This document shows positions 29,048 to 39,339 of a DNA stretch of 64,000 bases, one piece after another. The stretch comes from Candidatus Poribacteria bacterium (GTDB taxonomy: Bacteria; Poribacteria; WGA-4E; PCPOR2b). The notes under the pieces were generated by a model. The model was not told the origin of the DNA, did no database searches, and worked only from the letters and a program-made list of their open reading frames with translations. Positions within the stretch are counted from its first letter, which is position 1. Every line of letters starts with the position of its first letter. Where the stretch lies: NCBI GenBank assembly GCA_965208325.1, contig OZ242326.1, positions 1,828,859 through 1,892,858 on the forward strand, written 5' to 3'. Position numbers and translations under genes: made by a program.

Positions 29048-29076
29048 TTGACAGAAACAAGGAGCTGTGATAAATT
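29048..29076 (+). promoter_or_regulatory. Sigma70 promoter of molybdoenzyme operon
   Basis: TTGACA-17-TAAATT. Confidence 0.6.
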
Positions 29077-29150
29077 GAGTTTATCATCTCAACGTAGAAT
29101 AAACCATTTTTTGCGGCACCCCTATAAATCTATCGGTTACGGAGGGGGAC

Positions 29151-29801
29151 ATGGGAAAAGAAAAGGATTTAGAAAAAAATAAGGAATCCGTCATTTCGCG
29201 GCGGGGTTTCTTGAAGGGTATGGGTACCGGAGCGGTTGCGGCGACGGTTGCACCGACGGCGCTCGTTAGTGCTGAGAAATCGGCGGACGCCAAGATGGGC
29301 GATGCGATTACCCGCGCCAAAATCAAGCTCCATGTCAACAACGAAACGCATGAGGTTGAAGTTGAACCTCGTACAACGCTGTTGAGTGTGCTTCGGGATG
29401 GGATCGATACCAGCGGCAAACGTATTGATTTGACTGGTGCCAAGTCCATCTGCGACCGCGGAGAGTGCGGGGGTTGTACAGTTCAGGTAGACGGGAAGCC
29501 AATCTACTCCTGTATGATGCTCGCAATTGATGCCGCGGGGAAACAGATTACGACGGTCGAAGGGCTTGCGAACGGCGATCAGTTGCACCCGGTGCAGGAA
29601 GCGTTTGTTCAACACGACGCCCTGATGTGCGGCTTCTGTACACCCGGATTCGTTGTGGCGTCAAAATCGTTGCTAGATGAAAACCCGGCGCCTACGCTTG
29701 AAGAAATTAAGGGCGGGTTGTCCGGCAACATTTGCCGATGCGGCACGTATCCGTTTATCTTTGAGGCAGTGAAAACGGCTTCGGGCAAGATGGGAGGTTA
29801 G
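29151..29801 (+). CDS. Xanthine dehydrogenase family 2Fe-2S subunit with Tat signal (PaoA/YagT-like)
   Basis: SRRGFLKG; CDRGECGGC; CGFC; CRC. Confidence 0.92.
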   Translation: MGKEKDLEKNKESVISRRGFLKGMGTGAVAATVAPTALVSAEKSADAKMGDAITRAKIKLHVNNETHEVEVEPRTTLLSVLRDGIDTSGKRIDLTGAKSICDRGECGGCTVQVDGKPIYSCMMLAIDAAGKQITTVEGLANGDQLHPVQEAFVQHDALMCGFCTPGFVVASKSLLDENPAPTLEEIKGGLSGNICRCGTYPFIFEAVKTASGKMGG

Positions 29802-29805
29802 ACGA

Positions 29806-31932
29806 ATGGCATCGTGGGGAGAAGCACACGAAACACGCCTGATTGGAAAACGCATCCCCCGTTTGTCAGGCGCGGACAAAGTCTCGGGGAAAGCGAAATA
29901 CACGTTCGACATTAACCGGCCTGGGATGCTTTACGGCCGTATTCTGCGCTCTCGCGTTGCACATGCTACGATTACGGCAATAGATCTCAGCGGTGCGGAA
30001 TCGTTATCCGGTGTCAAAGCCGTCATTCCGCTGATTGAACCCGGCAAACGCTTGCGACACGAAGGACAGGAAATTGCCGCAGTGGCCGCGATCACTGACG
30101 ACATTGCGAAGGATGCGGTACGGTTAATTCAGTACGACTTTGAAGAACTGCCCTTTGTGGTTGATGTCGAAGAAGCCATGGATGAAAGTGCGCCGCAAAT
30201 TCGAGACGATTGGCACCGGAATCAGAGTCAACCAGGTATTGATGAGCGCGGCAACCTTGAAGCCGGCTTTGCCGAGGCGGCCGTGGAAGTAGAGGCGACT
30301 TATAGCGCACCCGTTCAAACGCATGTTTGTCTGGAAACCCATGGGCACGTTGCGGAATGGGACGGAGACAATTTGACGGTTTGGGCTTCGACACAGGCGG
30401 TATTTGGGACACGCCGAGATTTTGCCCAACACTTTAAAATTCCTGAAGACAAGGTCCGCATCATCACTGAACACATGGGGGGCGGTTTCGGAAGTAAGTT
30501 TAGCCCCGGTGTCGAAGGACGCGCGGCGGCAGAACTTTCGCGAAAAGCTGGTGCGCCTGTGAAGTTGATGCTAACGCGTAAAGATGAGCATCTGGTCGCT
30601 GGAAATCGGCCGTCAATGACGCAGCGCGTGCGGGCGGGCGCGACAAACGACGGCCGTTTAATCGCTTACGACCTGCGGGGCTATGGCACCGGCGGAATCA
30701 GCGGCGGCGCTAGTTTCACGGGTCCTTATGTTTATGAGGTGCCGAATTATCGGACCGAGAAGATTGCTGTTGCCATCAACGCAGGAAGTGAACGCGCAAT
30801 GCGCGCGCCGGGACACCCTCAAGGCGAATTTGCGATGGATTCGCTGATGGATGAACTCGCCGAAAAACTGGGCATGGATCCACTAGAATTCCGCCGAATC
30901 AACGACCCTAGCGAGATTCGCCAAGCGGAATACACACTCGGCGCCAAAGAAATCGGCTGGCACCGACGCAACGAAGTCCCCGGTACAGGGAAAGGCGTCA
31001 AGAAACGCGGCATCGGCATGGGAAGCGGACTCTGGGGCGGCGGCGGACACGCCGGAACACAAGCACGTGTGACAATCCACGCTGACGGTACGGTCGAAGC
31101 GGTTACCGGTACCCAAGATCTCGGCACCGGCATCCGAACAGTCATTGCGATAATCGTAGCGGAGGAATTCGGTCTACAACCGCAAGACATCAGTGTGAAA
31201 ATCGGGGACAGCGGACCAGGACTGCCGTCTGGCGGCAGCGGCGGCAGCACTACAACACCTTCTGTTGCCCCGGTGGTGAAGACTGCGGCAACAGCAGCCA
31301 AGCAGAACCTCTTCAAACGGATTGCACCGCAGTTTGAAACCCAACCAGAAGACCTGCGCGCTGCAGACGGCAAGGTATACGCCGCCTCGGATCCAACGAT
31401 GAGCGTGTCGTGGAAAGGCGCCGCGGGCCATCTCGGTATGGAGACGATTACCGGGAACGGCGCCTGGCATGACGGCCTCAGCGAACCGGGGGCTGCCGGA
31501 ACTCAATTTGCGGAAGTCGAGGTGGACACGGAAACCGGTGAAGTGAAAGTCATCAAGATCGCAGCAATACAGGACTGCGGCCTGGTGATGAACCGTTTAA
31601 CCTGCGAAAGCCAAATCAACGGCGGCGTTATCATGGGATTGGGTTATGCCCTGCTTGAGAACCGCATCATGGATCCGCTGACAGGCTATATGATTAATCC
31701 GAACCTTGAGGATTACAAGGTTGTAGGGGCTATGGAGGTTCCCGAAATTAAGTCTGTTGCTTTCGATACCGACCGGAAAGTGACAGGTGTCGGCGAACCT
31801 GCAACCATCCCGACTGCGGGCGCGATTGCTAACGCAGTTTATAACGCAATCGGTGTCCGGATTCGCGACCTCCCAATCACGGCCGATAAGATACTCAACG
31901 CGCTTGCCGAGAATGCAGCAGCGTCCGGATGA
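29806..31932 (+). CDS. Xanthine dehydrogenase family molybdopterin-binding subunit (PaoC/YagR-like)
   Basis: GGGFGSK, MRAPG, SGGS, QINGG, GVGEP catalytic Glu. Confidence 0.92.
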   Translation: MASWGEAHETRLIGKRIPRLSGADKVSGKAKYTFDINRPGMLYGRILRSRVAHATITAIDLSGAESLSGVKAVIPLIEPGKRLRHEGQEIAAVAAITDDIAKDAVRLIQYDFEELPFVVDVEEAMDESAPQIRDDWHRNQSQPGIDERGNLEAGFAEAAVEVEATYSAPVQTHVCLETHGHVAEWDGDNLTVWASTQAVFGTRRDFAQHFKIPEDKVRIITEHMGGGFGSKFSPGVEGRAAAELSRKAGAPVKLMLTRKDEHLVAGNRPSMTQRVRAGATNDGRLIAYDLRGYGTGGISGGASFTGPYVYEVPNYRTEKIAVAINAGSERAMRAPGHPQGEFAMDSLMDELAEKLGMDPLEFRRINDPSEIRQAEYTLGAKEIGWHRRNEVPGTGKGVKKRGIGMGSGLWGGGGHAGTQARVTIHADGTVEAVTGTQDLGTGIRTVIAIIVAEEFGLQPQDISVKIGDSGPGLPSGGSGGSTTTPSVAPVVKTAATAAKQNLFKRIAPQFETQPEDLRAADGKVYAASDPTMSVSWKGAAGHLGMETITGNGAWHDGLSEPGAAGTQFAEVEVDTETGEVKVIKIAAIQDCGLVMNRLTCESQINGGVIMGLGYALLENRIMDPLTGYMINPNLEDYKVVGAMEVPEIKSVAFDTDRKVTGVGEPATIPTAGAIANAVYNAIGVRIRDLPITADKILNALAENAAASG

Positions 31933-31980
31933 ATCTATTCATCTTCAAACTACGCATGGAACGAATGAGGAGAAAGTGAT

Positions 31981-32955
31981 ATGGAAAATTTTGCTTACGT
32001 CAATGCAACAAACGTCGAACAAGCCTCCTCCTTGTTGAGCGGCGAATGGGGCGAAACGATGGTCATTGCAGGCGGAACGGATCTTCTCGGTGAGCTCAAG
32101 GAGTACATTGAAACGCCTGCGAAGGTTGTCAACCTCAAAACCATCCCCGGTTTGGATGAGATTAATGCCGATGCTGCGGGATTGACAATCGGCGCGTTGG
32201 CAACAGTAGGAGATATTGCCGCACACCCTACAATCCAAGAGCACTACACCGTCCTCGCGGAAGCCGCCGCCTCGGTTGCATCGCCGCAGATTCGCAACGT
32301 TGGCACGCTTGGCGGCAATCTGTGCCAGCGCCCGCGTTGCTGGTATTACCGCAACCCAGAGATAATCTGCCTGAAGAAGGGCGGCGACATGTGTTACGCG
32401 GTCGAAGGATTGAGCAAGTACCACGCAATTTTTGGCGGCGGACCGGTGTATATTGTTCATCCTTCTGATACAGCACCGGCGTTAATCGCTCTTGGCGCCT
32501 CCGTGAAGATTATTGGCCCCGAGGGCGAAAAGACGATGCCGCTGGAGGAATTTTTCATTTTGCCGGATATCAACCCCCAACGTGAAAACGTGCTTGAACC
32601 GAACGAAGTCGTAGCGGAGATTCATGTTCCAAAACCGCCGGCGAATACGAAGAGTTTCTATATCAAAGCCCGCGAAAGGGGATCATTCGACTTTGCGTTG
32701 TCGAGCGTCGCTGCCGCGTTAGAGATGAACGGTTCAACCTGCCGGGCGGCGAGCATCGTGCTCGGCGGCGTCGCACCAATCCCGTGGCGATCGAAGGAGG
32801 CAGAAGCCGCACTGAACGGCGTGCGTATCACGGAAGCGGTTGCAAAGCGCGCAGGGAGTGAAGCCGTCAAGCATGCCGAACCGCTGAACGACAACGGGTA
32901 TAAGGTTGCATTAACCCAAAATCTCGTCAGCCGTGCAGTAATGAAGGCGTCTTAG
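31981..32955 (+). CDS. FAD-binding subunit with 4Fe-4S insertion (PaoB/YagS-like)
   Basis: AGGTDL, QIRNVGTLGGNLCQRPRCWYYR..CLKKGG..C. Confidence 0.92.
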   Translation: MENFAYVNATNVEQASSLLSGEWGETMVIAGGTDLLGELKEYIETPAKVVNLKTIPGLDEINADAAGLTIGALATVGDIAAHPTIQEHYTVLAEAAASVASPQIRNVGTLGGNLCQRPRCWYYRNPEIICLKKGGDMCYAVEGLSKYHAIFGGGPVYIVHPSDTAPALIALGASVKIIGPEGEKTMPLEEFFILPDINPQRENVLEPNEVVAEIHVPKPPANTKSFYIKARERGSFDFALSSVAAALEMNGSTCRAASIVLGGVAPIPWRSKEAEAALNGVRITEAVAKRAGSEAVKHAEPLNDNGYKVALTQNLVSRAVMKAS

Positions 32956-32972
32956 GGAATAGGAGAGCAGAC

Positions 32973-33212
32973 ATGGAAAAGGCAAAAGATTTGTCCATCT
33001 TGAATCGACCGATATGCCAAAATCTACGCACAAAAGCGCTTTATGTGGCCGGCGGGAGTTTGCAGAATCTTGTTGAAACCAACCCTTACTCGCAATATTG
33101 GTGCAACTGCACAATGGCAGCGGTTGGTCCCGATGATAAATTCGTTTCACCGGAGGGATGCAGCCGTTCTCGAAGGTGTTTCGAGCCGATTGGCGGCGAG
33201 ATTGTTGCGTAA
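32973..33212 (+). CDS. Small Cys-rich protein of molybdoenzyme operon
   Basis: AGGAG RBS just after the FAD subunit; CQNLRTK, YWCNCT, GPDD, CSRSRRCF. Confidence 0.7.
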   Translation: MEKAKDLSILNRPICQNLRTKALYVAGGSLQNLVETNPYSQYWCNCTMAAVGPDDKFVSPEGCSRSRRCFEPIGGEIVA

Positions 33213-33353
33213 TTGACTCGATCCGAACGTACGCAAGTCAAGAGAGTTAGTTAGTTTCATACGCGGAACGCTGGCACGTGCGGTTTCTGTGAATCCTGAC
33301 ATCCTACGTTTAACCCCCATTCGAACGAATTCCGTATCACACTTCGCGTCACC

Positions 33354-33815
33354 ATGACATTTCTTCCGGCACTGATACAGTGGCTGCACGTCGCGTCTGT
33401 CGTGCTAATGATTGGCGGTTTTTTCTTCCTTCGTGTCGTGCTTATCCCCGCTTCCCGCAGCCTCCCGAATAGCCACCAACCAAAACTCATGGCAGCGGCG
33501 CTGCGCCGATTCAGCGTTGTCGTCTGGATTGCTCTTGTAACTATATTGGCGTCAGGGATTTATAACTTTGTCTCATTCCTGAGATCCGCGAACGCAACAA
33601 CTGCGGCGGGCATATCTCCTGACTTTTCATATTATATTCTCGTCCTCGGCATCAAGCTATTTATCGTTTTTCTAATTTTTACGCTTGGCATCGTCCTCAC
33701 GTTTCCGTACCCGGTTTTTGAACCTTTCCAAAAACGCCCCTCGCCGTGGATCAACCTGACAATGATATTGGGGCTAATCGTGATTTTTTTGTCCGCGCTG
33801 CTGCGGAGGTTGTAG
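33354..33815 (+). CDS. CopD-like 4-TM membrane protein
   Basis: WLHVASVVLMIGG, RRFS, SGIYN, LGIKL. Confidence 0.7.
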   Translation: MTFLPALIQWLHVASVVLMIGGFFFLRVVLIPASRSLPNSHQPKLMAAALRRFSVVVWIALVTILASGIYNFVSFLRSANATTAAGISPDFSYYILVLGIKLFIVFLIFTLGIVLTFPYPVFEPFQKRPSPWINLTMILGLIVIFLSALLRRL

Positions 33816-33942
33816 GAGATTTGGAAATCGGGTGATCCAAATTACCTTTGCAAAGCGAAGATCTCACGCCGTGTAAACCATTTTTATGTCGTGAACTAAT
33901 AATGCATTCAGAACCGGGATTGGGGAAGGAGTTATTCTGACA

Positions 33943-35202
33943 ATGGATGTTACAACAATAGAACTGCCGTACGGGCGTTCATCGGTGAGTGTTGATGCGC
34001 CGGCCGAGAATATTCTCGGTATCTACAGGCCGGAAACGGACGGAGGGGTCCCGGACGAGGATGTGCTTTTGCGCGAAGCGTTGGAGAAACCTGTCCGTTC
34101 TCCGCGTTTGCGCGACTTGGTTCGACCTGGGCAAAAGATAGCGATTGTGACCAGCGACCTGACGCGTCCGTGTCCGTCCGAGCGGCTGCTGCCGCTAATC
34201 CTTGATGAACTGGCGGCAAGCGGGATCCCCGATGCGGATGTGACTGTGGTCATCGCGCTTGGGTTGCATCGACCGATGACAGCGGAGGAATTGGAGGTTA
34301 CAGTTGGTACAGATGTATACCGCCGTGTCACGGTAATCAACCACGATCCCAGAGACACGGTCCGATTAGGCGTTACCGCTGCCGGTACGCCCGTCGAGAT
34401 TTTTCGGCCTGTTGTTGAATCCGATGTACGCATCTGCTTAGGCAACGTTGAGCTGCATTATTTCGTGGGCTATTCCGGCGGCGCGAAAGCGATTCTGCCC
34501 GGATGCGCTTCGGACGCGACGATTACAGCCAACCACGCCATGATGGTACGCGCCGAGGCGTGCGCCGGCCGATTGGAAGGCAACCCGGTGCGCGGCGACA
34601 TTGAGGAAGGGGTTGCCATGGTGGGTGTCGACTTTATATTTAACGTGGTGTTGGACGGCAATCACCGCATAATCGGCGCAGTGGCAGGCGACGTAACCGC
34701 CGCTCATCGACACGGGTGCGAGATTGCGGCGCAACGCAGCACGGTTGCAATTCCCAAACAGGCGGACATTGTATTGGTAGGCGCGGGGGGATACCCTAGC
34801 GACGTGAACCTGTATCAAGCGCAAAAGGCGTTGGACAACGCACAATACTCCGTCCGCGATGGCGGGGTCATCGTTATGTCAGCCGAGTGCAGTGAGGGCT
34901 TCGGCAATCAGACCTTCGAGACTTGGATGACGAACGCCAACTCTCCCGAAGAGGTGTTAGACAGAATTCAGCAAAAATTCGTGATAGGCGGACATAAAGC
35001 GGCTGCGATTGCGGCGGTGCTGCGGCGAGCGACGGTTTATCTGGTCTCAGCCCTATCGCCCAAGCCGGTACGAAATTGCGGTTTAGTGCCATTTGCTAAT
35101 CTGCGCGAAGCAATGCAAGCGGCGTTTGATGAGGCGGGAAAGCGATCCGACATCATTGTGATGCCGAACGGCGGTTCAATTCTTCCGGTTGCGGGGAATT
35201 GA
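33943..35202 (+). CDS. larA: Nickel-pincer-dependent lactate racemase family protein
   Basis: SDLTRP, GLHR, HYFVGYSGGAK, ANH, NLYQAQK. Confidence 0.9.
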   Translation: MDVTTIELPYGRSSVSVDAPAENILGIYRPETDGGVPDEDVLLREALEKPVRSPRLRDLVRPGQKIAIVTSDLTRPCPSERLLPLILDELAASGIPDADVTVVIALGLHRPMTAEELEVTVGTDVYRRVTVINHDPRDTVRLGVTAAGTPVEIFRPVVESDVRICLGNVELHYFVGYSGGAKAILPGCASDATITANHAMMVRAEACAGRLEGNPVRGDIEEGVAMVGVDFIFNVVLDGNHRIIGAVAGDVTAAHRHGCEIAAQRSTVAIPKQADIVLVGAGGYPSDVNLYQAQKALDNAQYSVRDGGVIVMSAECSEGFGNQTFETWMTNANSPEEVLDRIQQKFVIGGHKAAAIAAVLRRATVYLVSALSPKPVRNCGLVPFANLREAMQAAFDEAGKRSDIIVMPNGGSILPVAGN

Positions 35203-35469
35203 GAGGGCGTGGCATCAGTAAAGGTGGGCTGTCAACCCTCCTAGACCCGCTTTGTTAAGCTTGCTAATACCCACACCTTAATGAGGGTGTTAGAAACAGC
35301 GCGCAACGCAACCTATAAGAACTAGGAAGAACTAAAAAAACTATCGCCTTCCCTATTCGATGAGTTAAAACTCTTTGGTAAGGCTTACTATTGCCCACAA
35401 GTCCGTAAAGTCGGATGGTGTACGGGTTTTCTCACCTCATTCTTGACGTAACCATGCCGTGAAGCTCCC

Positions 35470-35520
35470 GTGGGAAGAGCTTCCTAGCCCTGATTATCGG
35501 GACAAGGATGTCCCTCCCAC
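35470..35520. repeat. REP-like inverted repeat; related half-sites near 23030-23050 and 35645-35670
   Basis: GTGGGA...TCCCAC ends with internal imperfect palindromes. Confidence 0.45.
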
Positions 35521-35716
35521 AGTTTACACTATACCGAATTGAACAATCGTTCTTAGCCGCAACATGGACTGCGTCTAACTCCAAAGATTTGTGGGTAAGT
35601 GTAATCATGGTAAGGAGGAGAATGATTATTCTAACGAATCGACAATCGGGAGAAGGAATTTCCTCCCACAGCGCGGCTCCGTGCGGATTCGAATGGTTAT
35701 CGGATGGTGCTAGCGG

Positions 35717-36427
35717 TTAATCGTCGTGAGATTCGTCTTTGGCGGGTGATACAGCGTCTTGGCTTTCGAAAAATTCCTTTGCCGTTTGATGAATCCGATT
35801 CAAATCTGACCGTGACGGACGATGGCGGGCAAACTGAACCATGTCACATGTGCGGAGGATTTCGCCGACGTGGTCGGCAACACTATCCGTCAAATCGTGG
35901 GGCAGACCTGCGAGGATTTGCCCGGTGTCTACGATTTTGATTTGATATTTTTCGCTGATATACCGCTTGGTCGTCATGGCGATTGATTCGTAATATTGTG
36001 GAATGTCACCTTCATCGCGCAGCCGCAAGGCTTGTTCCAACGCGTTCAATGCTGCGCCCTCAAGCGTAATTGAATGGGTCTCAGTTTCTAAAGGAATGAC
36101 TTCTTCTGCAGGTTTGATTTCAGACCGATTGACATTCGCCCTGGGCGTCATAAGAGGCATTCTGTCGTTTAAAATTTGATTATCTTCAGTGGATTCATGG
36201 CGGCGGAATAGGCGAGGCAGGTTCGATCTATTTTGGCGGAGCAAAGCATAGGTGCAGAGGACAACCCCCACCACAAGCAATGCCGGAATAATTATTGAGA
36301 CGACCGTAATTACGAGGTCAAAGAAACTCGCCTGGTTTTCATTCAGCGTTACGCTTTGAGAAAATCCAGTTGAGGCAAGCAAAGGAAGCGTTATTGATAG
36401 TAATATTGCGAGTGTTGTCGGTATCAC
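35717..36427 (-). CDS. Hypothetical membrane protein (BatD/DUF4381-like C-terminus)
   Basis: GGAGAG RBS before GTG 36427; two hydrophobic segments; YYESI..KRYI..CDMVQFA. Confidence 0.6.
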   Translation of the reverse strand: MIPTTLAILLSITLPLLASTGFSQSVTLNENQASFFDLVITVVSIIIPALLVVGVVLCTYALLRQNRSNLPRLFRRHESTEDNQILNDRMPLMTPRANVNRSEIKPAEEVIPLETETHSITLEGAALNALEQALRLRDEGDIPQYYESIAMTTKRYISEKYQIKIVDTGQILAGLPHDLTDSVADHVGEILRTCDMVQFARHRPSRSDLNRIHQTAKEFFESQDAVSPAKDESHDD

Positions 36428-36488
36428 ATCTCTCCAACAATTGAATTGCCGCGGTATTGGGATACGGCAGCGGCATGCACCCAATGGT

Positions 36489-37916
36489 TTAGCCAGCGCT
36501 CAAGCCGTATTCCTTAATTTTTCTGAAGATAGTTCGCTTTGAAACGCCCAATATCTGTGCTGCCTTGGCTTTATTATTCTCCACATGTTTGAGCGTGGCT
36601 CGAATTGATTCCTTCTCAATCTCCGCCAGCGACAGTCCAACCTCAAGATCGAGATGAGATTCGGTAAGTTCGCTTTGCGCCGCATCAAGAGCGGTTGGCG
36701 CAGAAAAAATAAATTGCGAGCTTTCGCCGGCTGCTTTTAATGTGTGTTCGGGGAGATCTTCGAGATTTAGCTCCGACCGATTAGACATAACGACCATTCC
36801 TTCAATACAGTTTCTCAACTCACGCACATTTCCGGGCCAGTCATGATTTATTAAGGTTCGCAGGGCACGGGAGGTTATGTTCTTAACCGCCTTTCGATTT
36901 TCTCTACTGAACTCCTCAATAAAAACCTTGACTAACAGCGGAATGTCCTCTCTCCTTTCACGAAGCGGCGGCAAGGCGATCTGAATTACGTTTAGCCTAT
37001 CATAGAGATCTGCCAAAAATTCTCCATTCTCTACGGCGTCCTCAAGATCGCGGTTTGTTGCGGAGACGATGCGAACATCGACCTGGACGGGTTCATTGCC
37101 ACCTACTCTCTCAAACGTTCTTTCCTCAAGTACGCGGAGCAACCGCGATTGATTGGATAGGCTTAACTTGCCGACTTCATCAAGGAATAGGGTGCCGCCG
37201 TGCGCGGTCTCAAACCGGCCTTTGCGCATGCGGTGAGCACCAGTAAATGCGCCGCGTTCATGTCCAAACAGCTCTGATTCAGCTAGCCCCTCAGCCAAGG
37301 CGGCGCAATTGAAAACGACGAGTTGCCCGGGCCGCAGACTGCGATGATGGATGGCGCGGGCAACGAGTTCTTTTCCGGTACCGCGCTCACCGCGAATCAT
37401 GACGGTCGCTTTTGTCGGAGCAACTTGCGAGATGATTTGCCGAACTTCTTGCATCCCCGCTGAGTGCCCTGTTAATTGGAGCGGTCCCACTCTGTTGTCA
37501 ATCTGGGACTGCAATCGGCGGTTTTCGAGGGTGAGGCGGCGGGTCTCAAGTATTTTGTGTAGAAATGCTTTTAGGTGTACGGGCCTGAGCGGTTTTGGAA
37601 GGAAAAAGCTGGATTTGTGGTGAAGTGTGGCTTTGATGCCGGTGTCGGTTTCCAATACATTTGCCGCTGTTGTGAAAATGACGCCAACGTCCGGGTTTTT
37701 GCCATAAGCGGCTTCGAGGAGTTTTAAGCCGTCAATCCGGTCTGCTTTAAGCGGAGCGATTAGGACATCAATTTCTAGGCGTTGAATGCGATCTAGGGCC
37801 GCGTATTGATTGTCGGTGACATGCACCTGCAAGCCTTCGCCTTCAAGTGCGTGACAAATGGTTTCGCATTGTCTTCGGTCAGAATCAACAACGAGGGTAG
37901 TCGTCTTGCTGTTCAT
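36489..37916 (-). CDS. Sigma54-dependent activator (NtrC family) with degenerate receiver
   Basis: GERGTGKE, ESELFGHERGAFTGA, WPGNVREL, Fis HTH. Confidence 0.92.
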   Translation of the reverse strand: MNSKTTTLVVDSDRRQCETICHALEGEGLQVHVTDNQYAALDRIQRLEIDVLIAPLKADRIDGLKLLEAAYGKNPDVGVIFTTAANVLETDTGIKATLHHKSSFFLPKPLRPVHLKAFLHKILETRRLTLENRRLQSQIDNRVGPLQLTGHSAGMQEVRQIISQVAPTKATVMIRGERGTGKELVARAIHHRSLRPGQLVVFNCAALAEGLAESELFGHERGAFTGAHRMRKGRFETAHGGTLFLDEVGKLSLSNQSRLLRVLEERTFERVGGNEPVQVDVRIVSATNRDLEDAVENGEFLADLYDRLNVIQIALPPLRERREDIPLLVKVFIEEFSRENRKAVKNITSRALRTLINHDWPGNVRELRNCIEGMVVMSNRSELNLEDLPEHTLKAAGESSQFIFSAPTALDAAQSELTESHLDLEVGLSLAEIEKESIRATLKHVENNKAKAAQILGVSKRTIFRKIKEYGLSAG

Positions 37917-38002
37917 TTTACTCGCTCAATTTTTTTCGGCCCGTTGAATGATTTCCGCAATGTAAGACGTGAGTATTCACATGTGTTACGTTGGGGTACT
38001 AA

Positions 38003-38078
38003 ACACCTGTCGCCCCGCTGGGGCTTTTGATATGGGGCAAATCGACTTTTCTATACACCTGCCGCGCCTCCGGGGCTA
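38003..38078. repeat. REP doublet (ACCTGTCGCCCCGCTGGGGCT family), near-identical to 42828-42899
   Basis: Direct sequence match including spacer. Confidence 0.8.
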
Positions 38079-38316
38079 AATGCTGTTAGAGATTTATGTA
38101 TAACGGTGATTTGCTCCTCTCCTTTTGAACGGAATCGCCGCGATTGGGGTTTCGCAAGTTCACAGTTAGAACATTTTGCGTTGACGGGACAAGTTCACTT
38201 TTTCATCATTTACGGTAGCGTATTTGCCTAAATTCGGACAGAAAATGATACCTTATTCCCAAAACTTCGTCAAGCGGAAAACAGGCGGATGACGACGATT
38301 TGCCGCCTGTGTTTTA

Positions 38317-39291
38317 TCATGTTCTCAGTGCATCCACAACCCGCTGCATATCGATTGGCATCGGCGCCGAAAACGTCAATTTCTCGCCGGATTCAGGGTG
38401 GTTAAAGCCAAGTGTTCGCGCGTGCAAGGCTTGGCGATTGAGCTTCGCAAACGCCTCCGCCAATGCGGGCGAATGAGCGTTATACAATGCACGGCGCCGC
38501 CCTCCGCCATAGACGGCATCTCCCGCAACCGGAAGACCGATGTGGCTGAGATGCACGCGGATTTGGTGAAGGCGCCCGGTCTCCAAATTCAACTGAATGA
38601 GGGAAAATTTGCCATAAATTTCCAGGGCACGATAGTGGGTAACGGCATGACGACCCGACTCCACCGATACGGTCATTTTTCGCGGATCTCTGCGACTGCG
38701 GCGGATTGGTGCGTTTATTGTGCCAGACTCCGATTTTGGAACGCCGCAAGCCACAGCGAGATACTCCCGTACGGTGGAATGGGCTTCAAATTGCGCCGAT
38801 AGATGACGATGCGCGTGATCGGTCTTCGCGGCAACGAGCACCCCCGATGTATTCTTATCGAGCCGATGTACGATACCGGGCCGTTCCGCGCCGCCAATTT
38901 GAGACAGAACGCCGCAGTGTGCAAGCAAGGCATTGACAAGCGTTCCGGTGTTGACGCGGCCGGCAGGGTGAACAAGCATGTCCGCGGGTTTGTTCACGAC
39001 GATAAGGACGGAATCTTCGTACAGAATATCGAGCGGTATGTGATTGGGTTGGATAGACTCCATCACGGAGCCATTTGGAATGGTGAGGGAGATTTGATCG
39101 CCTGCTCGAAGTTTATGACCAGGCTTGGCAACTTTGCCGTTGACTGTGACGGCGCCACCGCGGACTAATTTTTGTATAGCTGACCGGGACAACTGATTTG
39201 GCTGGCCAGGAACATGCTGCTCGTCTACAAACCGATCTAGCCGGAAATTTTCGTGTTCTGTTTCAACGAGATAGTTGTAGATACGTGACAT
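38317..39291 (-). CDS. rluD: RluA/RluD family pseudouridine synthase
   Basis: S4 domain RLDRF, RPGIVHRLDKNTSG, LETGRLHQIRVH, RQALHA. Confidence 0.9.
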   Translation of the reverse strand: MSRIYNYLVETEHENFRLDRFVDEQHVPGQPNQLSRSAIQKLVRGGAVTVNGKVAKPGHKLRAGDQISLTIPNGSVMESIQPNHIPLDILYEDSVLIVVNKPADMLVHPAGRVNTGTLVNALLAHCGVLSQIGGAERPGIVHRLDKNTSGVLVAAKTDHAHRHLSAQFEAHSTVREYLAVACGVPKSESGTINAPIRRSRRDPRKMTVSVESGRHAVTHYRALEIYGKFSLIQLNLETGRLHQIRVHLSHIGLPVAGDAVYGGGRRRALYNAHSPALAEAFAKLNRQALHARTLGFNHPESGEKLTFSAPMPIDMQRVVDALRT

Positions 39292-39339
39292 ATCAAAGAG
39301 GGATTCGCCTACTGTAACCGATCTTCACGCTCTTACGAA

